Of a stretch of 64,000 bases of DNA, positions 55,637 to 64,000 are shown in pieces. The translations under genes were made by a program, and so were the position numbers. The notes below the pieces were generated by a model, which was not told the origin of the DNA, made no database searches, and was given only the letters and a program-made list of their open reading frames with translations. This DNA is from an uncultured bacterium (GTDB taxonomy: Bacteria; Verrucomicrobiota; Verrucomicrobiia; Limisphaerales; UBA8199): assembly GCA_963749495.1 (NCBI GenBank), contig CAVVMW010000005.1, forward strand, positions 256,001 through 320,000. Reading direction: 5' to 3'. The first letter of the stretch is position 1; each line of letters opens with the position of its first letter.

Positions 55637-56906
55637 ATATGTCGTAATCCATCATGGCCGGAATCTGCACCAGCGACTTGGGCCAGGTCTGACAAAGCCG
55701 CCCGGCCGGGTTGTAGTCACCGAACAGGACATCGGCCAGGCCATTGCCTTCCTCCTGGCTGCTGTGGGCGAGGTGGAGAATGGCCGGGACATTCTCCTGT
55801 GCCCAGTTGATGGCGTAGGGGAAACTCGAGACGAGGACAACCACCGTCTTGGGATTGGCCGCGAAGACCTGCTTGACCAGTTCCTCCTGCCCGCTGCCGA
55901 GGGTTATGTTCTGGCGATCTATGGCTTCGCGGCCCTCGCTATCATCATTGACTTTCATCCACTTGTTTTGGAAAATATAGCGGGCTTCATAACCCTCGGT
56001 GGCGCCGACCTGATGGAGGATGTCGGTGTCCCAAGTCTCGCCCAGGCCGATGGCCTGGGGGTAGGTGGTGGTGGAGCCGCCCCCCGCCCTGAGGCCGTGG
56101 AGGCCCTCGACCTGCATCATCGAGCGAATCCCCAGCCGGGGCACGCCCGGCCGTTGCGAGAGCAAGGCCACTTTTTTGTGGAACTTCACGAGCCGGTCGA
56201 ACATCATTTTGTACATGGCGGCGGTGCCGTATTCTCCGCGGCGCCCGCCCCACCAGAACCAGGTGCCGTTCATCTCGTGGAAGGGGCGCCAGAGCAGCGG
56301 CACGCGAGCCTCCTCGAGCTTCTTCAGATACGGCACGATGGCATCGACCTGGGCGCACCAGCGCTGGTGGAGTTCAGTGCCCGGGGTGAGGAGGTCTTTG
56401 TATTGTGCTTCGGTGAGCCGGCCTTGCACGGAATTCAGATTGGTCAGGTTGGTGTCCGCGCCGCCGCCGCGCCGTCTCATGAACGTAACCGGTTCGTCGG
56501 CCGTCGGCGGCACCTCGTGCCAGCACATCACGACGAGCGAGCCGTTTCTGTAGTGCTCCTTGAGCTCTTCGACGATGTCGTTGCGGACGTAAGCGGAATC
56601 CTTGTCGCCTTCCTTGGCGAAGCCCCAGTCCTTGCCGAAAATGGCCGGCGTCTTGCCCCAGGCCTTGGCCGCGGCCGCTGTGTGCCTGTCTTTGTCCGCC
56701 GGGAAATTGTGCTGGCCGCTCAAGGTTTGCTTGCCGGAAATGCGGTAGAAGAAGTTCAACAATTCCACCGCCTCCGGAGACGCACCCGGGGTGACCGGCC
56801 GAACGGCGCTCTCGGCGCCAGAAAGCGATGAGGCATTGATGCACAACAGTCCGATCAACGCACTGAAGCCGATCCGCACTTTTTTCATAGGTTTCCTCGG
56901 TCTCAT
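55614..56906 (-). pseudogene. Chimeric ORF: GH26 mannanase N-terminal part fused in frame to two GH3 fragments
   Basis: LWRPFHEMNGTWFWWG (GH26), then EGLHG..TTYPQAIGLGETWD and EGREAIDR..NPAGRL (GH3). Confidence 0.75.
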
Positions 56907-56943
56907 GAGTCAGGGGCTACTCGATGGTCCAAATGACTCCGAT

Positions 56944-58374
56944 CTAAATCGTCCACCCGGCCCGGTACGGCGGGTCCACGAATCGATTCGCCTCGTCATC
57001 GTTGGTGACGCGCATCGCCTTGGCGTCCCATTCGAGGGGTGAACCAGTGCGCAAAGCCAGCGCTCCCAGCAACGCCATCTCGGTCATCTGGCAGCCGAAG
57101 TCGAGAGGGCAAACGGTCTCCGCGCCGGTCTTGCACGCCGTCGTCCATTCGGTGTAATGGTTGCCCTGCTCGCACCGGCGCAAGGTCTTGGGCGGGGGCT
57201 GGAAGTCCTGGAACTTCTCCTTAGGGGCCAGCAGCAGCGGTCGGCTACTGCCGTAGTAGCCGCTCAACATCGTGCCGTTCTCACCTACGAAGATGAGTCC
57301 ATCGGGGCGGCTCAGGGCGTTGGGCGGGACTCCCTCGGGCGGCAGCGGTTTCATGCCGCCGTCGTACCAATGCGCCTTGAGCGGCGGCAACGTGCCGCGC
57401 GCCGGGAATTCCCAAGTGACGACGTTGGCATTGCCCTGGCATTCCGGGGTGTCCACGCGTTTCATGAACCCATCGCAACGCGTTGAGCCGTTTCCATAAA
57501 CGCGCACCGGCGCGCCCAATTGCAGTTCCTTGAAGAACATGTGGAGCGTGTGGCATGCCATGTCACCGACCGTGCCTCCCCCAAAGTCCCACCACGGCCG
57601 CCAGTTTTCAGGATGGTAGGCTGAGTGAAAGGGACGATAGGGCGCCGGCCCAATCCACAAGTCCCAATTCATGTCCCGAGGAGGCGTCTGGGTCTCCCTG
57701 GGCCGTGTCAGCGAGCAGGGGTAGATAGGATGGCTCGTCCAAATGTGAACTTCGCGCACGGGCCCGAGGACGCCGGACATCAGCACTTCGGTTGTGCTCC
57801 GTGCGGCATCGGTGCCGGAGGCTTGGGCGCTGGTTTTGGTGACGATTCCCTTGGCGGCCAGCACCCCCGCGCGCACGCGCCGCGCCTCGGCGATGGTATG
57901 GGTGGCCGGTTTGGCGCAGTAAATGTGCTTCTTGAGCTGGAGTGCGCCCATCAAGATAATCGTATGCGTGTGGTCCGGCGTGGCGACAATGAGGGCGTCG
58001 AAGTTCTTCGCCTCTTTGTCGAACATCTCCCGGAAATCGTGGTAGCGGACGGCTTTGGGGAACTTGTCCCACACACCGCGGCGGGCGACCAAATCGTGGT
58101 CGAGGTCGCACAGGGCGACGATGCGTTCGGCTTTGCAGCCGTCGAGGTAGTTGCGGCCCATGCCGCCGCAGCCGATGGCGGCGATACCCAGGGTGTTGCT
58201 CGGCGCGCCTTCGCCTCCAAGCACGTTCCGAGGCACGAGGAGCGGTGCCAGGCCACTCAGGGTGATGGACGCCATGCCGCCCGCCACGAAACGGCGCCGG
58301 GACATGGCGAAACTGCCGTCGCCGCACGACGCTGCGGTCCGGGCGAGTTGCTCAGCGTGTATTGGTTTGTTCAT
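56944..58374 (-). CDS. Gfo/Idh/MocA oxidoreductase with Tat signal
   Basis: SRRRFV, IGCGGMG, ATPDHTH, YCAKP, WDLWIGPAP, GDMACH. Confidence 0.9.
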   Translation of the reverse strand: MNKPIHAEQLARTAASCGDGSFAMSRRRFVAGGMASITLSGLAPLLVPRNVLGGEGAPSNTLGIAAIGCGGMGRNYLDGCKAERIVALCDLDHDLVARRGVWDKFPKAVRYHDFREMFDKEAKNFDALIVATPDHTHTIILMGALQLKKHIYCAKPATHTIAEARRVRAGVLAAKGIVTKTSAQASGTDAARSTTEVLMSGVLGPVREVHIWTSHPIYPCSLTRPRETQTPPRDMNWDLWIGPAPYRPFHSAYHPENWRPWWDFGGGTVGDMACHTLHMFFKELQLGAPVRVYGNGSTRCDGFMKRVDTPECQGNANVVTWEFPARGTLPPLKAHWYDGGMKPLPPEGVPPNALSRPDGLIFVGENGTMLSGYYGSSRPLLLAPKEKFQDFQPPPKTLRRCEQGNHYTEWTTACKTGAETVCPLDFGCQMTEMALLGALALRTGSPLEWDAKAMRVTNDDEANRFVDPPYRAGWTI

Positions 58375-58430
58375 TTCGAATCACCCGTTCGTTCAGTGGT
58401 TTTGTGATCCATCAGGTTCGCGCCGCATGA

Positions 58431-59504
58431 TCATTCCCGCGTCAATATCTCATCAGGGTCACGCGCATCCTCGCTCCTCGCGCCGGAAGATTGACGGTGG
58501 CTATCCGAAGCGATCACGTTGATCTCCGGCGCGGTGGCTTTCCACAAGTCCAGCATGTGCGACACGGCCCCGCCGCTCGGATAGGTCTCGCCCGGCCGGT
58601 CAAAGCGATCAAAGTTGTCATTCGACCCGTAACCGCCGTTCCAGACATTGACCAGGGTCGGCAACGGGTAGATTTCCTTGCCGTCGCGGGCGACCTCGTT
58701 GATATAGGACGAAACGTAATAAGCGTCGAAGGCCTCTTCCGCGACGCGGCCAAACACCTCTTTCCACGTGCCCGGCCTTTTCTTGAGCGCCGTCACCAAG
58801 GAGGCGGGCACGGGGCCGTTGAACAGCGTGCCGGCCTCGGGAGAGTAGTCGCGCACGCTGCCCAGCGAGCCCGGTTCATTCTCCACCTGCGCCATGATGA
58901 CCGTGCGTTCGGCTTCATCCGTTTCCCTGAGATGCCTCATCATCGCCGAGTAGGCCCGCTTGTCCGCTTCGAGCGTGGCCTTGGAATGGGGCGAGAGAAC
59001 GCGGATCGGTTTCCCGCCATAATCCAGCACCCGGGGAAAGCGGGTGGGGTTGGACTTGACCCAATTCGGCGACCAATCCATTGCGCCGTTTTTCCAGGTG
59101 CCGAACCAAAGCAGCATTACGCGCAACCCTTGCGCTCGAGCGCCACGGAGGATGGCGTCGAATCCGGCGAAGTCGAACCGGCCTTCTTCCGGTTCGATGA
59201 CGTTCCAATAGACGGGGTACTCGACGGTGTTGGCGTTCATCGCCCGCAATTTGGGCCAGGCGCTCTCCATCTCATCCGGAAACGCGCTGAAGTTGCCCAC
59301 CTGGCCTCCCATCATAATGAACGGTTTGCCGTCCACATGAAGCGCGAACTTCTCGCCGTTCTTGACCAACTGCGCAATGGGCTTGCCCTGGGCGAGCGCG
59401 GAGGAAGCCGCAACGGCCAGCGCCAGCGCCAGCGATGCGGCGCGCGGCCGTCCAAAAAATGAGCAGCGAGCCTCTTCTCTGCTGGAATTGAATGGATTGT
59501 GCAT
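58431..59504 (-). pseudogene. GH35 beta-galactosidase, C-terminally truncated
   Basis: VDGKPF, WFGTWKNG, QVENE, YPSGG; similarity ends at IASD. Confidence 0.75.
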
Positions 59505-59622
59505 AAGTCAGTTAGCGCTCCACGCGCTGGGTCATTTTGTCTAGTGCATCGCGGTCAATTTCGTATCCGAGGCCCGGTTGCCGGGGCGCATGCACATGAC
59601 CGTCCGGGGCGATGCAGCCATT

Positions 59623-60438
59623 TTAGGACTGAGGCAGTGGCCGCAATGGCCGCACGTAGATGTTGCGAAAGGCCACCGCGCCGTGATCGCCTTGCAACAT
59701 CACCACCGGATTGGTTGTCGCCTCGGGCATGTTCGGCGAGGCGACGGTCCGCCCGAGCCGCTCCTGGTTCTCGTGAATCAGTTGCCCGTTGAGCAGGGCC
59801 CGGAGGACCTTGGCGTTCTGGATCTTCTTGCCCGACTCGTCAAAGCGGGGGGCTTGGTACCAGACGTGGCAAGCATTCCACTGGCCGTGGTTTCGCTCCG
59901 CGCGGACCAGGGGAGTCTTGCCCCCGTCCACGCCGTTGATCGGGCCGCCCTGATAGTGATAGAGCGCGCCGGTCTGGTCGGTTGGGAGCCGGGGCACGAT
60001 GCCGTAGCTGTCCCGAATCTGCATCTCATACAGCCCGTGCAGATAGACGCCCGAGTTGGAATTGGCCGGGATCATGAACTCGATGTAGAGCTCGAAGTCG
60101 CTCATCTTTTCGGTTGACATGAGATTGGAGGCGGGGCGGTTGGTGAGCGCCGTGTTGACGATGCGGTCGCCGGGCTCGGCCCGCCCGATCAACACCTTCG
60201 GATTGTCGGTTCCTGCCCAAGCCACCCCCTTGGTGGCCATCCAAGTGCCTTCGCGACGAGTGTCAACGTAGCGCCACCCGTCGAGGTTCGTGCCATTGAG
60301 GAGCGGCTTCCAGCCGTCTTCCAGAAGGAAAGGCGGGGCGCCGTGGTCGTTGCCGTCATAGATGTTTGGCACATCAGCCGCCATTCCCCGGAGGAGGAAT
60401 GCCATGGCGGCCACAGAACAGGCGAGGCTTTTTTTCAT
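59623..60438 (-). CDS. DUF1080 (3-keto-disaccharide hydrolase) domain protein
   Basis: WKPLLNGTNLDGW, DFEL, NSGVY, LQGDHG.VAFRNI. Confidence 0.85.
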   Translation of the reverse strand: MKKSLACSVAAMAFLLRGMAADVPNIYDGNDHGAPPFLLEDGWKPLLNGTNLDGWRYVDTRREGTWMATKGVAWAGTDNPKVLIGRAEPGDRIVNTALTNRPASNLMSTEKMSDFELYIEFMIPANSNSGVYLHGLYEMQIRDSYGIVPRLPTDQTGALYHYQGGPINGVDGGKTPLVRAERNHGQWNACHVWYQAPRFDESGKKIQNAKVLRALLNGQLIHENQERLGRTVASPNMPEATTNPVVMLQGDHGAVAFRNIYVRPLRPLPQS

Positions 60439-60503
60439 AATCTGATGACCAGGCATTTGATGAGCGGTTGTCAAATGTGCGCTTAACATGCTTACATACG
60501 TAC

Positions 60504-60530
60504 TCCGGCACGAATCCCCAAAACCTGACA
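60504..60530 (-). promoter_or_regulatory. Putative ECF-sigma promoter motif, copy 3
   Basis: TGTCAGGTTTTGGGGATTCGTGCCGGA. Confidence 0.55.
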
Positions 60531-60680
60531 GAAAAAGTGAACGGCGGCCTGAACAACCAGGTTTGAGTTCAGTCCCCCGCATCCGGTTCGAACTAGGCCA
60601 CCCCTCCGCCTGCAGGGGCCAGAGGCAGCGTCAGTTCCTCACCGACGGTCACGATCCGTTCCTCCGTGTCCAGGGATGAT

Positions 60681-61005
60681 CTAGATGCCCAGCCAGGAAG
60701 AGAGCGCCGTGCGCACATCCTTGAGCACTCGGGCGTCAAACTGACCGACCTTGCGCTGGAACTCGGTCCAGGCAACAGGTTGGACCGTTTGGCCGTTGCA
60801 GTAGCTTTGCTCGCGCAGCCAGGGCACGCGGGGCAAGGTGACTTCGTAAGGCGTGTTGCCGTATTGGGTCGTAACCTGGACGACGCTGGAGATCGCTCAG
60901 CCGGCAGTTCGTGTCCGGGACCGACACCACCAGAGCATTGCGGACCTTGCCGTCGAAGCCAAAGTCCACCGTCCAAACTTCACCTGGCAGAGGGTTTGCC
61001 TTCAT
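60681..61005 (-). CDS. MazF/PemK-family toxin; frameshift near 60897
   Basis: PGEVWTVDFG..KVRNALVVS, continuing VVQVTTQ..PYEV..GQFDARVLKDVRTALSSWLGI* in another frame. Confidence 0.75.
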
Positions 61006-61234
61006 TCATCGCGTCCCATAGCTCCGTGCGGCGCTTCGCTGGGCCGAGGACCTCATCCTCGGGACCATCCGCCAGAAGCGGAAACGGAATGGCCCTCCGC
61101 TTGACCATCTGCGCAAACAGCATCCGGACGATCTCGCCCGGGCTGGTTCCGATTTCCTTAGCGACCCGTCTTGCCTGCCGGGCCAGGTTGCGGTCGATCC
61201 TGACCCGGAACTCTTCGGTGGCCTGCGCATTCAT
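60980..61234 (-). CDS. RelB/DinJ-like antitoxin
   Basis: FRVRIDRNL..A.RV..IG.S....RMLFAQMV..RAIPF. Confidence 0.75.
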   Translation of the reverse strand: MNAQATEEFRVRIDRNLARQARRVAKEIGTSPGEIVRMLFAQMVKRRAIPFPLLADGPEDEVLGPAKRRTELWDAMNEGKPSAR

Positions 61235-61634
61235 GTATCAAGTATGCATCATCCCTGGACCGCTTCAAGCCTTTTCAACCCGATGACAAGCTGAGGAGGA
61301 TCGGCCCGGAGCCTCTTCCGCGCCGGTGGGGCTTTGTCTGGCGCAGGCTCTTCCTGGAGAGTTGGGGCAGGCCTGGCCCATTCCGTGGGCATTCTCCAGG
61401 CTGGGCTCTCGGCTGCCCTCCCGTTCCGGGGCAAAACCGTCGGAAAAACCGCCAAAACTTGCGGTTTGACGCCACGGTTCCCGTTCCGCAGCATTGGGGC
61501 ATGATGGGTGAGACCGAACAGTGGTTGTCACAGCCCCGCGCAACTTCAATGAATCGGCGGGGCTCAACGAGCAAATTCGTTCTAACAAAGCCCCCCTACG
61601 CTATGCCCGAGTCCCGATACCCGGCACAATGCCC

Positions 61635-61980
61635 ATGAACGACAAACTCGACCGGCTCTCCCAGCACGTCTGCTCCAAAGTGCGCACATTAGGCTTCTCC
61701 TCACCCCGCGCCCCCGTTATGCGCGCCCTCCTGAAGACGGCGTTTCTCGCAAGCCTCAAGACCGAGGAAAGCCGCTTCCCGCGCGGCAGCTTGACCTTCT
61801 CCGACCCAAGCAAACCAGACACCGATCCGCCACCACTCCGCCGAGGGGATTATCCTTCCTTCACGCGGCTAGGCCACCGAACGCCACTCCAAACGGCGGC
61901 ACTGGTAAAACTGTTCCGCGCGGTCGACAGGTGGTCCGGTTCCCTCGCAGTTTACGGGACACACAGCTCCAGAATTGATA
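61635..61980 (+). pseudogene. N-terminal fragment of a DAC-associated sensor-domain protein (DACNV/DACNG-like)
   Basis: LLKTAFLASLKTEESRF..LTF...LVKL..AVD pattern; truncated. Confidence 0.45.
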
Positions 61981-62043
61981 AGGAATCGCCTTGTGAGAAG
62001 CCGAGGGCGAGTTGTCGCTTGCCGTTTTACATAATCTAGTCAT

Positions 62044-62070
62044 TCCCCCGTGCATCCCCAAAACCTAACA
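62044..62070 (-). promoter_or_regulatory. Putative ECF-sigma promoter motif, copy 4, just downstream of the FecR gene
   Basis: TGTTAGGTTTTGGGGATGCACGGGGGA. Confidence 0.45.
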
Positions 62071-62127
62071 GAAAATGTGGCGAATCTTCCATTCCCAGCA
62101 GGTTGTGCTGCCATCCAGGGCAAAAGC

Positions 62128-63624
62128 CTATTCAATCAGCACGACATACATTTCGGTGAAAGTGCAGGCGCAATGACGCGTGCCGAACTCGAGCAACGGC
62201 TGAACGGGCGGTGCGTTGCGGATCGCCTCCAACTGCCAAACGGCCGGTTCGGGCTTGCCCCGGGGCCAGACTCGGGCCTGAAGTTGAACCTGGCCGTCGG
62301 TCAGACGCGCAAGGCGAATCTTGAACTGGAAGGTCTGGCCGGTTTGAAACAACAAGGGAATACTGACCCGTCGGTCGGTTTCGCCGCCCTCCAGCCGCGG
62401 AGAGCCCTCGATTACAAAAGAATACAGCTTGGCCACCCCTTCTCCGGCCGGGTTCCGCTCGCACATGAAGTTGAAATGCTTGCGATCCAGAATCAAAGTC
62501 AAGCCGAAATGGGAATTTCCGAGCGGCCCCGGGTCCTCGACCACGGCGTCCAGCCGCGCCTGGAGGGAGAGTTCGATATTGCCGACTACCGGGATCTGGC
62601 GGCTGAACCAGGAAAAGGGGTTCGGGTCACGCGGTCCGGATCGCTTCTGGTCCGGCAATACCGAAACCTTGCCTTGCCGCACGGTGTTCTCATCGACCTC
62701 CCAGTTGCCATCACCGCCCGTGCTCACCACGCGCGGGTCCACCGGAACGGGAACCCTCAGGCCGCTTTGACCGATGGGGCGGGCCTTCAATTCCAGGTTC
62801 TTTGCCGCCACCGCGAACTGCCCGGCAACCACGGGCTGGAAGAGGTCCGCCGATCTGCTCCGCATCTCCACTTCACCCTTCATCACCTTCAGCCAGGTGG
62901 CCTCCCATTGGCTGGCCAAGCTGAATTTGGTGCCTTTGACGCTGGCTTCGGCTTGCGGCGTTGCCACGGCCAACGGTTCGCCGGCCGGTTGGTGGGCGAC
63001 CACCGCTTCCAACCTGCCGCGCTGGAGCACGAAGTGTTTGCCTTTCTCAAAGTCCGACAGCCCTAACCGCGTCTGCTCTTTCAATTCCAGGCAGGTGCCC
63101 TCGCGCGCGAATTCGACCACCGCGGATTGGCCTGGGCCGGTTTCAACAATGTCCCCGGGTTGCAGGTGCAATTTGCGCGTGGCCGGCAGTCGTTCCTCAC
63201 CCCGTTGCACCTCGACACCGGCGCTGCTCCGGCGCAACCGTGGCAGGTTGTCCTTCTCAGGCCAAAACCAATAGCCTGCAACCAGAGCAAGCGCCGCCGC
63301 CAACCCTGTCACCCAAAGCGGGGTGCTCCTCCAGGAGTGCCGTCGGGACGCCGGCAAAGCGGTTGGCCGGGGCAGGGCGATCAGAGGGCCCGTCCCCGCC
63401 GGAACCGAACTGCCAGACTCTGTTAATTGGCTATCCTGGCCCATCGCCCCAGCAAGTTCCCGGAGTAGGAGGTCGATTTCCATTTGCCCGAGCAAGGCCT
63501 CGCCCAGAGACGGTTGCGCCTTGAGACGCGCCAACAGCCGGGTCGCTTCCTCGGGCGTGAGTTCGCCGGAAACGTATTTCTGAATCAGCACCTCGGCTTC
63601 CCGAGGTTCAATCGGCTCAAGCAT
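62128..63624 (-). CDS. FecR-domain anti-sigma factor
   Basis: LIQKYVSGELTPEE N-terminus, TM helix, LQPGDIVETG, TPQAEASVKGTKF; start overlaps the sigma stop. Confidence 0.85.
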   Translation of the reverse strand: MLEPIEPREAEVLIQKYVSGELTPEEATRLLARLKAQPSLGEALLGQMEIDLLLRELAGAMGQDSQLTESGSSVPAGTGPLIALPRPTALPASRRHSWRSTPLWVTGLAAALALVAGYWFWPEKDNLPRLRRSSAGVEVQRGEERLPATRKLHLQPGDIVETGPGQSAVVEFAREGTCLELKEQTRLGLSDFEKGKHFVLQRGRLEAVVAHQPAGEPLAVATPQAEASVKGTKFSLASQWEATWLKVMKGEVEMRSRSADLFQPVVAGQFAVAAKNLELKARPIGQSGLRVPVPVDPRVVSTGGDGNWEVDENTVRQGKVSVLPDQKRSGPRDPNPFSWFSRQIPVVGNIELSLQARLDAVVEDPGPLGNSHFGLTLILDRKHFNFMCERNPAGEGVAKLYSFVIEGSPRLEGGETDRRVSIPLLFQTGQTFQFKIRLARLTDGQVQLQARVWPRGKPEPAVWQLEAIRNAPPVQPLLEFGTRHCACTFTEMYVVLIE

Positions 63625-64000
63625 GGATGCCTCCGTGGGAAAGCGTCCGGTGGATGCACTGGCGCAACTTGCCGCGCAAACGGCAGAGCGCCTGGCAGAC
63701 GGCGTCGGGGTGCGTTTCCATTTGCGCAGCGATGTCCACCGTGGAAATGCCCGTGTCGTAGTAAAGCTCCAGCAAGGCGCGGCCCTTTTCAGGCAGCTTT
63801 TGCATGCAAATCCGCAACGCGGCCACTTTCTCATCCGCGTACGCCGGGGCTTCGCGCTCTTCGGCCAGTTACCGGACATAATCCGCCAACTCACGCATCA
63901 CCTCAGGCATGGCCCGCTTCCGTTCCCGCCAATGGCGGGCGGCCACGTGGCGGGTCATCGTGGCCAGCAGCGGGCGGAGGTCTTGCTCGAGATTCCACTT
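63617..64000 (-). pseudogene. ECF sigma-70 factor, 3' part, with an in-frame TAA at 63869-63871
   Basis: Region 4 ALRICMQKLPEKGRALLELYY..IAAQM..LCRLRGKLRQC; region 2 upstream in the same frame. Confidence 0.75.

Noticed and set aside
61260..61600. Possible IS terminal remnant (gttgtcacagcccc)
   Set aside because: No associated transposase sequence or second end is recognisable.

Overview
High-GC bacterial DNA, most consistent with a Verrucomicrobiota (Pedosphaera/Limisphaera-like) genome; the taxonomy is inferred from gene content and repeat style. Bases 1-3.7 kb are core-like: flotillin, a PLDc_N membrane protein, beta-carbonic anhydrase, ispH and tRNA-Pro(TGG). The rest looks accessory. 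It holds intact and broken glycoside hydrolases, many short scraps of unrelated genes joined end to end, a two-ORF DDE transposon, three toxin-antitoxin loci and two defence cassettes. Cassette 1 (15.2-29.1 kb, minus strand) is SNF2 helicase-DUF3883 / DUF1156 methylase / DUF499 ATPase, ending in an NDT/TIR-like P-loop ATPase. Cassette 2 (41.6-49.3 kb, plus strand) is a type III R-M system with an ABC-ATPase + TOPRIM-like pair between Mod and Res. Most notable: (a) a complete RAYT (HUH/Y1) transposase domain, flanked by its REP palindromes, sits in frame inside the SNF2 helicase, and the same REP family is inserted in frame in all three core genes of that operon; (b) a 527-nt ORF-less group II intron whose empty target site is present 2.5 kb away; (c) a 27-bp ECF-type promoter-like motif occurs four times. 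Many single-base frameshifts, including one in ispH, are probably sequencing indels.
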